A stretch of 15,487 nucleotides of DNA from Candidatus Micrarchaeota archaeon (GTDB lineage Archaea; Micrarchaeota; Micrarchaeia; Anstonellales; Bilamarchaeaceae), in NCBI GenBank assembly GCA_018304385.1, contig JAGVWJ010000022.1:1-15487 (forward strand). The letters run 5' to 3'. The position numbers were made by a program, and so were the translations under genes. Position 1 is the first letter of the stretch; each line of letters starts with the position of its first letter. The notes beneath the pieces are model-generated. The model worked only from the letters and a program-made list of their open reading frames with translations, made no database searches and was not told the DNA's origin. Below, in pieces: positions 1 through 8,018 of the stretch.

Positions 1-2
1 TA

Positions 3-590
3 TTGATAGAAAGAAATGCAGATATTAATCTTCCATCGACCTTCCCTAACGGTGGAATTTTCACTACTGCTTTGATGGCTACTGCAGGTCATTGCTGGGA
101 GCTCCGCTATTCAGAAGGTCAAGATTTTTCTGCAGACTTTTTCAATTTAGCCTGTTTACTGATAGAAAAAGATGCAGATGTGCACGCCCGTAATCTTGGG
201 GGTAGTACTGCGTTAATTGAAACTAGTTTCTTTCTAGAACCATTTCGGCATAGCCAAGCCTCAACAATATTGCGTCTTGGCTTGATTAGATTATTACTTG
301 AAAGAAAAGCAGATGTGAACGCAGCCAATGAAATAGGTTATACTCCACTAATAGTAGCTTGCATGTGTGGTTCTTATGAAGGCGCAGAACTATTGATTGA
401 AAATGGGGCTGATGTGAACAAAAGAGCACTGGATAAAAAAGCATTTGCTGCTTTCCGTACCTCGAATGGCGGTCTTCCTTTTGACCCTATTTATGAAACT
501 GCTTTAAGTGCTGCTCATGCTCATGAAGATACTGATCCAGCCAAAGCCAAATTGATCCATCTTCTTGAGCAACGTGGAGCAATCGAATAG
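3..590 (+). CDS. Ankyrin-repeat protein (5'-truncated by window edge)
   Basis: Repeated LIExxADV(N/H) units with G.T(P/A)L-type helix starts (GSTALIE, GYTPLIVA, ETALSAA); the frame is open from the window start. Confidence 0.88.
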   Translation: MIERNADINLPSTFPNGGIFTTALMATAGHCWELRYSEGQDFSADFFNLACLLIEKDADVHARNLGGSTALIETSFFLEPFRHSQASTILRLGLIRLLLERKADVNAANEIGYTPLIVACMCGSYEGAELLIENGADVNKRALDKKAFAAFRTSNGGLPFDPIYETALSAAHAHEDTDPAKAKLIHLLEQRGAIE

Positions 591-856
591 AGAGGTGATT
601 AAAATAATTCGACAAAAAAATCATGGAAGGGATGTAGAAATGCAAGCCTTCACTTAGCGCTAGGAAAAAATTATCTGACAGGATTATAACGCATGGCATT
701 ATTGTAGATCAAAGCGACGATTCATATGCGGAAGATGCAAGGATACTGCCAGTACAATTTGTTTATCGGAGTGAAGCCAGACTAGAGATAAAAAATGCCA
801 CATGGCCATATAGGGAATTAATCTATTATCCACCCAGCGCAGCCCAAGGCATAGAC

Positions 857-1423
857 TTGTCTGATCTTTACCCGCTAAACCAAGCGGATCATAGGTTTCG
901 GTTGCTAAAATCTGGCATTAGGCACTGTTGTATATTTAGAAGAAATGAAACACGACATGATATTCTATTATTGGCTGGTAAATTACAAGATGATGAACGA
1001 GATATTTTAGCTATTTTTCACGAAATAGGTCATGTTTACTGCTTTCTTCTGGAAAGAAAAATATTAGTGGCAACAGTTAGGAATGATTTTGATGGGATCC
1101 CAAAAGGCATAACAGCTTATGCTAAAGCTATCGGAAGAGTAGCATATGGTGGACCTCGGCACGAAATTTTTAGAGAAACATTCGGATTTTTTAGTGGTGC
1201 ACTAGAGGCTGCAGCTCAAATTAACGCCGTGGATATATTCCCACGCTGTGAACTATCAAATATATTCAGCGAAAGGACAGCATGGGCGTATGCTCTTCAC
1301 CTAAAAAGAAGGCTTGGTTTATCTCTTGGATTTGAAAATAATCAAGAGATTTTTGATTTTATTGATAGATCCTTACGTAGCTATGGAACTCAGTTTACAA
1401 GACCAACTTTTCCTTCAATTTGA
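857..1423 (+). CDS. Hypothetical protein with HExxH zinc-metallopeptidase-like motif; true start uncertain (frame open from 638)
   Basis: AIFHEIGH motif plus a downstream Glu (FRETFGFF). The called start is TTG, but the frame has no stop from 638 to 856. Confidence 0.55.
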   Translation: MSDLYPLNQADHRFRLLKSGIRHCCIFRRNETRHDILLLAGKLQDDERDILAIFHEIGHVYCFLLERKILVATVRNDFDGIPKGITAYAKAIGRVAYGGPRHEIFRETFGFFSGALEAAAQINAVDIFPRCELSNIFSERTAWAYALHLKRRLGLSLGFENNQEIFDFIDRSLRSYGTQFTRPTFPSI

Positions 1424-1556
1424 TTTACTTCCACTAGAATCAAAAGTTGCGCAGCAACCTTTAAATACAACCCCTGCAATATTCCTACATAAACATGCTG
1501 GATGTTGTATGAAATAAAGGAGCGTCCAATCTGGGATTGGCTGTTCGACAGGAGCG

Positions 1557-1617
1557 TTGACATTTTTTCCCAAAAAATAAATGTCAACATTTGACAAAAT
1601 CTTCGTGTTTTGTCAAA
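1557..1617. repeat. Two adjacent inverted repeats built from TTGACA/TGTCAA half-sites
   Basis: TTGACATTT (1557-65) with AAATGTCAA (1579-87); TTTGACAAAA (1590-99) N8 TTTTGTCAAA (1608-17). Confidence 0.75.
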
Positions 1618-1643
1618 GCATTTTGTTTTTACAAAGAAAAAAA

Positions 1644-1724
1644 TCGTTAACCCCACGATTTCTTACTATTTTTGTGGGTATAATAGTTACCCCCCACAAG
1701 ATTTAAATACTTTTGTGGGTATAA
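1644..1724 (+). promoter_or_regulatory. Fic promoter: TATA box within two 41-bp operator-like units
   Basis: TTTTGTGGGTATAA at 1670-83 and 1711-24; CCCAC half-sites at 1652 and 1693; TTTAAATA at 1702-09, about 31 nt before ATG 1741. Confidence 0.6.
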
Positions 1725-1740
1725 CTACTTGTGAAAAAAA

Positions 1741-2712
1741 ATGGCGATAAAAAAAAGAACAATTAAAGGCAAGCCGTATTACTACCTAGAGAGGAATCTA
1801 AGGGTAGGGGATACGGAATGGAAGACCTTTTCTATCTACCTCGGTTCAAAAAAACCCCATGCCAAACAACTGCATACGCTTGAAAAAAGGTTGGGTTCTA
1901 AGATTAATCAGTATATCCTGGACAAGATCCTAAAAACAGATACACAATTTATTGACAAAGAAACAGCTTTATTATTGGAACGTATAAAGACTTCTCATAA
2001 GAAAATTTTAGGTGCTCTTGATAAGACCAGCAGGGCTAATTATCTAAAAAGGATTAGAGAAACGTTCATAACCAACACCAACGCCATAGAAGGGAGTAGA
2101 CTCACATTAGAACAAACCAAAAAAATTCTAGAACTTAGGGACAAGTATGATGTAGACGATGTAGAAGAATTAGAAGTTGTGAACATGGAACATTGTCTAG
2201 AACTTTACGATGAACTTTTAGAGAAAAAAATAGAACTAGACGAAAAAATAATTCTTCGGTTTCATCTGTTACTTTTGAAGACTATCCCAAAGTATGAAGC
2301 GTATGCTGGGATCTGGAGACCAGTCAAAGTTTATATCCGTGGTTCTAAATATGATTTTCCTCATTGGAAACGGGTCCCAAAATTGATGTCTAATCTTCTG
2401 GCTTGGTACCAAAATAATAAAAATAAGACGCACCCAGTTGAACTTGCAGCTAAATTCCATGCTAAGTTTGTTACCATTCATCCTTTTGCAGATGGAAATG
2501 GTAGAATGGCAAGATTGCTTATGAATTATATCATTCAATTGAACGGTTTTCCATTTACGGACGTTTCATTTTCTAAAAGGGATGAATATTTTGAAACTCA
2601 GGAACTTGCTCACTTTGGCAATTATAAAAACTTTGTTCTATTCCTAGTTCAAGAAATAAAGGCACAATTCAAAGATCTTAAAAGAAAAATAAAAATTCAA
2701 ATTTTCAGCTAA
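1741..2712 (+). CDS. fic: Fic family protein (AMPylase-type) with N-terminal basic beta-hairpin domain
   Basis: Canonical HPFADGNGRMAR motif; TNAIEG matches the (S/T)xxxE(G/N) inhibitory helix; N-terminus IKKRTIKGKPYYYL. Confidence 0.93.
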   Translation: MAIKKRTIKGKPYYYLERNLRVGDTEWKTFSIYLGSKKPHAKQLHTLEKRLGSKINQYILDKILKTDTQFIDKETALLLERIKTSHKKILGALDKTSRANYLKRIRETFITNTNAIEGSRLTLEQTKKILELRDKYDVDDVEELEVVNMEHCLELYDELLEKKIELDEKIILRFHLLLLKTIPKYEAYAGIWRPVKVYIRGSKYDFPHWKRVPKLMSNLLAWYQNNKNKTHPVELAAKFHAKFVTIHPFADGNGRMARLLMNYIIQLNGFPFTDVSFSKRDEYFETQELAHFGNYKNFVLFLVQEIKAQFKDLKRKIKIQIFS

Positions 2713-2826
2713 CGTACCAAATGTTTTATTCTATTTTTTGTTAGCAATAGTGGCCTTTGCATAAACTTTAAGGTTTTTAATGGTTTGCCCATAAAAGTTA
2801 CTATAAAACAACTAATTGTGGATATT

Positions 2827-4719
2827 ATGAATAGATTAATAGCTCTTAAACATACATGCGAAAGTAGACAATGCAACCATCCCCAACGTTATAAACTACC
2901 GCCTGATCAAAAGTTGCAAAAGTCTGATGTAAGGAAAATTATCTCAGACCCAAGAGCAGGTAAATTAAGGTGGATTATTTATCGCTTAATGGATGGACCA
3001 ATTACATTACGAACAGCCCAAGAATTTTTAGATATAGAAACAAGAGAGCATAGCTCACTTGCGTATAGGATTAATCAGGCATTTAGAAATAGATTGGGAA
3101 TAGATACGAATGCGATTATAATCGAAGGACTTGATGGCATGGCTAGCCCAAAAAGTTTTTGGGTGATGAGATTAAATCCAGAGTTGTTTGCCCTTCCACC
3201 GGATCATGGCAAATTGATACCTGGAAAACACATAAAGTTAGCGGATCTTTTAACCCCAATTCAACGTCTTATAATAAGCTATTTAGCGGAAAATCCTTAC
3301 AGGACAATAGAGCAGCTAAAACAAAGATTTTCTAAAGAAATAGGTTGTGTTAAAGATCAGGCAGGTGACGGCACAATAAACCTTAGATGCAAAAGAAAAG
3401 GCTTCCCACCTGCGCTTTTAAGAACAAAGACAGAACCTCGGGCATACTATTTAAATCCAGAATTTGCAGCATTGTTTGGCATTAAAACAGCACCGTGTAA
3501 AGGGACTTTAGAAGAGCTCTTCAAACCCGAGGCGCAGACGATAATAACATGCATAGCTGAACATACAGAAGCCTCTTTAGATGACATAAGAAAAGCACTT
3601 GACGCTGACCCATCTTTCAAACTTAAAGGAAGGGTAAAAATCATCAGGAAAAGATGTGAGGAACTTGGATTACCACAACCATTTGAAAGAGTGGGTGGTG
3701 GCATTAAAACGAGATATAAACTAACCGAAGAGTTCAGAACCAGGTTTAAGCTGCAAAATAGTAAAGAAAGCATAGAACAATATTTTACAAAGGCGCTGAT
3801 CCCCCTAGTAAAAATGATATCAGAAGAACCGTGGATATCTGGAAAAGAAATGGCTGAGAAACTTGGTATCACCAGATTTGTTCTCCATGCGAGAATAAAG
3901 AGAGTAATAAAAACTTGCACGCAAAAAGGCCTTCCGAAGTTACATGTTAAACATGTAGGAAGTAATAATGAAAACATCTATCGCTGGAGCAAGCCATTCT
4001 TAAAAAGATTCGGATTAAGAGAGGGAAAAGTGGAATTTGCAAGACTGCTTAGGGGAAATCAAAGACGCGTTTATGAATACTGGCAAGGAAAAGAGGTAGT
4101 ATATACCAGACAAGCATGCAGAGATTTGGTGATAAAGAGAGAACCTTTATACACGGCATTGACATCAGTTAATCGAAAACTGAAGGAGCACGGACTCCCA
4201 GAGCTTAAACAACCATGGTGGAATAAAGCTCGTGTTGGCCAAAACGAGGTAAAGGATGAACTTGTTATTTATAGGATAAAACATGGAAAGTGGCCAGAAC
4301 TAGAAGAGTTAAAAAAGAAAAACCCAAACTTAGCATTAGGAATACACGATCATCTAGGTGGTATAAGAAAAGTAATGAGACATGTTAGGGCTACATTATG
4401 TAATGAAGAGATCGCTGCAATTTTGGTTGCTGACTTGCACAGACAAGAGAAAAGAACAAATAGAAACGGAAATGGCAGAACTAAAGGCAATGGCGCAGCT
4501 AATGGTCATGGTGATAGAATTTCTGAATTAGTAGGAAAAATAGAAAGGGCTCTGGAAAACGGAACTGGTAAGGATGAACTTGTAGCGAGATTAGATAAAG
4601 CTGAACCTAGAGCAATAATAAGATTCATTGATTTTGGCGCTAGCAGAGCTCAAGCAGAAGTGATGAGCGCTAGTTTTTATGCACAGCACCGCGCACCTGG
4701 AAACTGGCCTTTTGGTTGA
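2827..4719 (+). CDS. Large hypothetical protein with about 5 tandem winged-helix-like repeats (probable DNA-binding protein)
   Basis: Long ORF (track start TTG 2785; ATG 2827 more likely). Repeats of 88-90 aa start at 3238, 3508, 3772 and 4036 and share CxxxGLP/GFP and YxLxxEF-like motifs. Confidence 0.7.
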   Translation: MNRLIALKHTCESRQCNHPQRYKLPPDQKLQKSDVRKIISDPRAGKLRWIIYRLMDGPITLRTAQEFLDIETREHSSLAYRINQAFRNRLGIDTNAIIIEGLDGMASPKSFWVMRLNPELFALPPDHGKLIPGKHIKLADLLTPIQRLIISYLAENPYRTIEQLKQRFSKEIGCVKDQAGDGTINLRCKRKGFPPALLRTKTEPRAYYLNPEFAALFGIKTAPCKGTLEELFKPEAQTIITCIAEHTEASLDDIRKALDADPSFKLKGRVKIIRKRCEELGLPQPFERVGGGIKTRYKLTEEFRTRFKLQNSKESIEQYFTKALIPLVKMISEEPWISGKEMAEKLGITRFVLHARIKRVIKTCTQKGLPKLHVKHVGSNNENIYRWSKPFLKRFGLREGKVEFARLLRGNQRRVYEYWQGKEVVYTRQACRDLVIKREPLYTALTSVNRKLKEHGLPELKQPWWNKARVGQNEVKDELVIYRIKHGKWPELEELKKKNPNLALGIHDHLGGIRKVMRHVRATLCNEEIAAILVADLHRQEKRTNRNGNGRTKGNGAANGHGDRISELVGKIERALENGTGKDELVARLDKAEPRAIIRFIDFGASRAQAEVMSASFYAQHRAPGNWPFG

Positions 4720-4742
4720 AACTAAAAATACATCTACTTATT

Positions 4743-5738
4743 TTACAAAAATTGCCCAAGCATAAAAGTAGCAATACCAAAGTAAATTAGAAGACTAAGA
4801 ATATCCCTTATAATAGTTGCAAATGGGCCACTCGCAATTGCAGGATCAAAATTACTTTTTAAGAATAACCATGGTAAAAGCATTGCAATAGCTGCTGCCA
4901 TTATTGCAGTTGCAAAAATTGAAAATCCTAATATCGCACCAACTAAAAGCGACTTTAACCAAAAAAATGATATTATAGAACCTAATATACCTAAAACTAG
5001 CGCAAGTAAAAGTGCTATTTTAATCTCTCTAAAAAGATATTTTTTAAGATCTAAATGGTGATCAATTGCCATTGACCTAATAAAAACAGTTTGTGTTTGT
5101 GTTCCAACTGCATCTGCAATATACACAACAGTAGGAATAAACGCGGCTAAGAATAATTGTGTCTCAAGAGATTTTTCAAAAAAGCCCACAACAACCGCAG
5201 CTAAAATTCCACCTAAAAGCCCTAAAACAAGCCAGGGCAATCTTTTTTGAAAATGAGTGGTGGCGCTTGCATTAATGATATCTATTGCAGGATCCTTGAA
5301 TTTATGAATACCGGCTGCATGCAAAGCATCTTCAATATGCTCGCTATGTAAGATATTTAATATGGTATCAGAAGGAACTGCACCTAATAGCTTGTATTCC
5401 TTATCAACTATCGGGATGGCTTTTAGATTATGGCGAATAGCTAGAAGTGCAACTGTTTCTTGATGGGTATGCGGATGAGCAATGATTAACTCTTTATCCA
5501 TTATTTCCTTGATTTTGGTTTGTTTTGGTGCTCTAAAAATCTCTTTTATAGATATAACACCAACAAGTTTCGTTTTATCATCAACTACATAAACATAGTT
5601 TATAGTCTCATATTCCCTAATTCTACTTTGGACTTGATTTTCAACTTCTCTAACAGAAGCTTGAACATTAACTATGGGGATTCGATCTATCATTCTGCTA
5701 AGTGCTGCCTTATGATTATTTTTCTTATGCTCTTCCAT
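4743..5738 (-). CDS. mgtE: MgtE-family magnesium transporter (CBS pair plus transmembrane domain)
   Basis: CBS motifs (YVYVVDD..KLVGVIS, AIPIVD..KLLGAV); RLPWL start of the TM region; DPAIASGPFATIIRD with the Mg-binding Asp. Confidence 0.92.
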   Translation of the reverse strand: MEEHKKNNHKAALSRMIDRIPIVNVQASVREVENQVQSRIREYETINYVYVVDDKTKLVGVISIKEIFRAPKQTKIKEIMDKELIIAHPHTHQETVALLAIRHNLKAIPIVDKEYKLLGAVPSDTILNILHSEHIEDALHAAGIHKFKDPAIDIINASATTHFQKRLPWLVLGLLGGILAAVVVGFFEKSLETQLFLAAFIPTVVYIADAVGTQTQTVFIRSMAIDHHLDLKKYLFREIKIALLLALVLGILGSIISFFWLKSLLVGAILGFSIFATAIMAAAIAMLLPWLFLKSNFDPAIASGPFATIIRDILSLLIYFGIATFMLGQFL

Positions 5739-5797
5739 ATATGCACTTCTAACAATAACTTAAAAAACATTCTTAGTACTAATAAGGTTGTGATTTT

Positions 5798-6436
5798 ATG
5801 AGTTTAATAGATGAGCGAATGCTATTGCAAATTAAAACGCAGTTAGGCGATTTGCGCGATCCTGTAAAAATATTGTTCTTTAAACCAGCGAATTTCCAAT
5901 ATGAAAATGAGATGAATTTTCTTGCCAAAAGTATAAAATTAATAAGCCCTAAACTCAGCATGGAGATCTTCGCTCTTGGGAAGAATAAAAAAATGGAAAA
6001 GGATTATGGAGTTGATAAGGCACCAGCAATAATTCTTGAAGGCAAGGATAAACGTGTAGCCAGATTTTTCGGATTGCCAATAGGCGGAGAATTTTCAACA
6101 TTTCTATTAGATATTAAAGATCTGTCTCTTGGTGGACCAGAGCTATCTCAGGATATTGCAAAAAGAACAAAAGAAATAGATTTTCCAGTACATATGCAAG
6201 TTTTTGTAACATCTACATGCTCTTATTGTCCTCAGGTGGGCAAACTAGCACATGATCTTGCACTATTAAATGATAAAGTAAAAGCAGACATGATCGATGC
6301 TAATATATTCAGTGAACTTTCCCAGAAGTATAATGTAAGCGCAGTTCCAAAAACAATAATCAATGATAAGGTTGAGATACTGGGTGCAATGCCTCCTGAA
6401 TATTTTCTTAAGAAGATTTTAGAGCTGAAAAAGTGA
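5798..6436 (+). CDS. Two-domain thioredoxin/glutaredoxin-like protein disulfide oxidoreductase (PDO / AhpF-NTD-like)
   Basis: C-terminal FVTSTCSYCP, cis-Pro motifs KAPAII and AVPKTIIN, G.P.GGEF..FL linker. Confidence 0.88.
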   Translation: MSLIDERMLLQIKTQLGDLRDPVKILFFKPANFQYENEMNFLAKSIKLISPKLSMEIFALGKNKKMEKDYGVDKAPAIILEGKDKRVARFFGLPIGGEFSTFLLDIKDLSLGGPELSQDIAKRTKEIDFPVHMQVFVTSTCSYCPQVGKLAHDLALLNDKVKADMIDANIFSELSQKYNVSAVPKTIINDKVEILGAMPPEYFLKKILELKK

Positions 6437-6440
6437 TTTT

Positions 6441-6779
6441 ATGCGTGTTGGAGTAGTAGAATATATTGATTCGGCACATTCTGCCATGATTAATGGGAAG
6501 AGTATGCCTTTGCACGGTCATACTTATAAGATAGAGGTAGCTGTTGATGGGCCAGTTAAAGATGGAATTGTTTATGACTTTTGCGAGCTTAGGGATATTG
6601 TTAGGGAAGTTTTAAAAAAATACCATAAGAAAAACCTAAACGATGTGTTGGAAAATTCTACTGGAGAGAACTTTGCACTTGCCCTGCATAAGGATTTGAA
6701 AGCAAAACTGCCAAAGCATCTTAAGCTATTTGTAAAAATCTGGCAAGGGCATAATAAGTGGGTTGAGTACGGGGATTAA
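6441..6779 (+). CDS. queD: QueD/PTPS (COG0720) family T-fold protein, atypical active site
   Basis: SAH and HGHTY Zn-ligand motifs, DF..L, LND..ENSTGEN. The catalytic Cys position is Ser, so canonical QueD function is uncertain. Confidence 0.8.
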   Translation: MRVGVVEYIDSAHSAMINGKSMPLHGHTYKIEVAVDGPVKDGIVYDFCELRDIVREVLKKYHKKNLNDVLENSTGENFALALHKDLKAKLPKHLKLFVKIWQGHNKWVEYGD

Positions 6780-6791
6780 ATTAATAAAAAT

Positions 6792-7211
6792 TTAATACTC
6801 AGTAGCATATGTGTTAATTCCCAATTCCTTAAGAAACCCTTTTGGTGTTCGATATTTGGGAGAGACATCGAAATGCTTGTCATAAGCTACAATATAATCA
6901 ACGCGACGATATTCAGCAGCCGCAAGATGTTCCAAATCCTTGTCAGCAATGCTTCCTTTTAGTTTTTTCATTAAATCAGATAAGCTCTCTCTTGGGACTA
7001 TCTCTGCTAAGTCTTTTAGATATTCAATTGCATGGTAAGCTTCTTTATCAGTGAACTTCTGTCTAACAAATTTCTTAACTTCAAGTAAAACTAACTCGCT
7101 TATTATAACATGAAATTCTTTATTCTCAGCAAGACTTAGAACTAGTTTTGAATTAGATTCTGGAAAAGCAAATGAGTATATAAAAACACTTGTATCGATA
7201 AAGACATGCAT
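6792..7211 (-). CDS. vapC: PIN-domain VapC-like toxin
   Basis: VFIDTSVF, SELVLLE, DKDLEHLAAA, IVAYDKHF: conserved acidic PIN quartet; directly downstream of a small RHH gene. Confidence 0.9.
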   Translation of the reverse strand: MHVFIDTSVFIYSFAFPESNSKLVLSLAENKEFHVIISELVLLEVKKFVRQKFTDKEAYHAIEYLKDLAEIVPRESLSDLMKKLKGSIADKDLEHLAAAEYRRVDYIVAYDKHFDVSPKYRTPKGFLKELGINTYATEY

Positions 7212-7213
7212 TC

Positions 7214-7453
7214 CTAAACCTCAAGTTCATCTAATGCTTTCTGTATTTGAGCTGCAGTCAATTTTTTCTTTGCAAATGCCTTTTCAAGCTGTAGTCTATG
7301 GTATTTTGCTTTGTTTATTTCTAAATATTCCTTTCCCAATTCTAGCAAACCGGCACGTATAGCCTCAGATTTTGTTGCGAAATAACCATCCTTAACTAAT
7401 TTAAGCAGTACTTTTTCGGTTGCTCCGCTTAATCTTACGAGTAATGTTTCCAT
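7214..7453 (-). CDS. Ribbon-helix-helix (CopG-like) antitoxin
   Basis: METLLVRL (beta strand), LVKDGYFATKSEAIRAGL (RHH helices). ATG 7453 follows a GGTGA RBS; the track start at 7480 is likely too long. Confidence 0.85.
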   Translation of the reverse strand: METLLVRLSGATEKVLLKLVKDGYFATKSEAIRAGLLELGKEYLEINKAKYHRLQLEKAFAKKKLTAAQIQKALDELEV

Positions 7454-7485
7454 TTTATCACCAATATTATAATATAACAAAAAGA

Positions 7486-7493
7486 TATATAAA
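7486..7493 (-). promoter_or_regulatory. TATA box of the vapBC operon
   Basis: TTTATATA on the minus strand, about 33 nt upstream of ATG 7453. Confidence 0.5.
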
Positions 7494-7543
7494 TGTTATC
7501 ATGCCCAACAATGGGCCATGGGCAGTGAGCAATGGGCCTTGAG

Positions 7544-8014
7544 CTATTCTATTCTCTTAACTTCTTCTTTATCTTTTTCAGGCAATTTATCCAACGCCTC
7601 TTTTACCCATTTTTCTTTGCAAACATCATAAAGCGGAATAAGTACAAATGCCCTTTCTAGCATTCGTGGATGTGGGATCGTTAAGTTTTCAGTTTCCAGT
7701 TCTATGTTTCCATATAGCAAAATATCTAAATCAATAACCCTGGGGCCAAATTTTATCTTTTTTGTTCGAACTAAACCAATCTTTGTTTCAACATCCCATA
7801 AAAAATTTAGAAGATCCAAAGGTTCTAGTCTTGTTTCTATCTTGATAACTACATTAAGAAATTTAGGCTGATTCTCAACGTACTTAGGCTCTGTCTCATA
7901 GACATAAGATTTTGCCAATAGCCTGCATTGCTTAGCAATTTGTCTTATCGCATTTTCAATATTTTTTGATCTATCTCCTAAATTTGAACCAATGGCGATA
8001 AAAACAATGGACAT
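7544..8014 (-). CDS. folK: 2-amino-4-hydroxy-6-hydroxymethyldihydropteridine diphosphokinase (HPPK)
   Basis: IAIGSNLGD, YETEP, QPKFLN, KFGPRVIDLDILLY, IPHPRMLERAFVL; ATG 8014 follows a GTGA RBS. Confidence 0.96.
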   Translation of the reverse strand: MSIVFIAIGSNLGDRSKNIENAIRQIAKQCRLLAKSYVYETEPKYVENQPKFLNVVIKIETRLEPLDLLNFLWDVETKIGLVRTKKIKFGPRVIDLDILLYGNIELETENLTIPHPRMLERAFVLIPLYDVCKEKWVKEALDKLPEKDKEEVKRIE

Positions 8015-8018
8015 TTTT

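Noticed and set aside
119-699. Minus-strand ORFs 119-328 and 487-699
   Set aside because: Antisense shadows of the ankyrin gene or running into the intergenic region; no motifs.
1314-1656. Short ORFs 1314-1517, 1390-1656 and 1415-1597
   Set aside because: They overlap each other and the palindrome cluster, have weak starts and show no protein-like features.
1644-1724. Possible mini-CRISPR array
   Set aside because: Only two degenerate units, a 14-bp identical core, no unique spacers and no cas genes.
2269-3977. Antisense ORFs 2269-2538 and 3447-3977
   Set aside because: They lie opposite well-supported genes and show the compositional bias typical of shadow frames.
5520-5961. ORFs 5520-5801 and 5779-5961
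   Set aside because: Antisense to mgtE and the PDO-like gene; no recognisable motifs.
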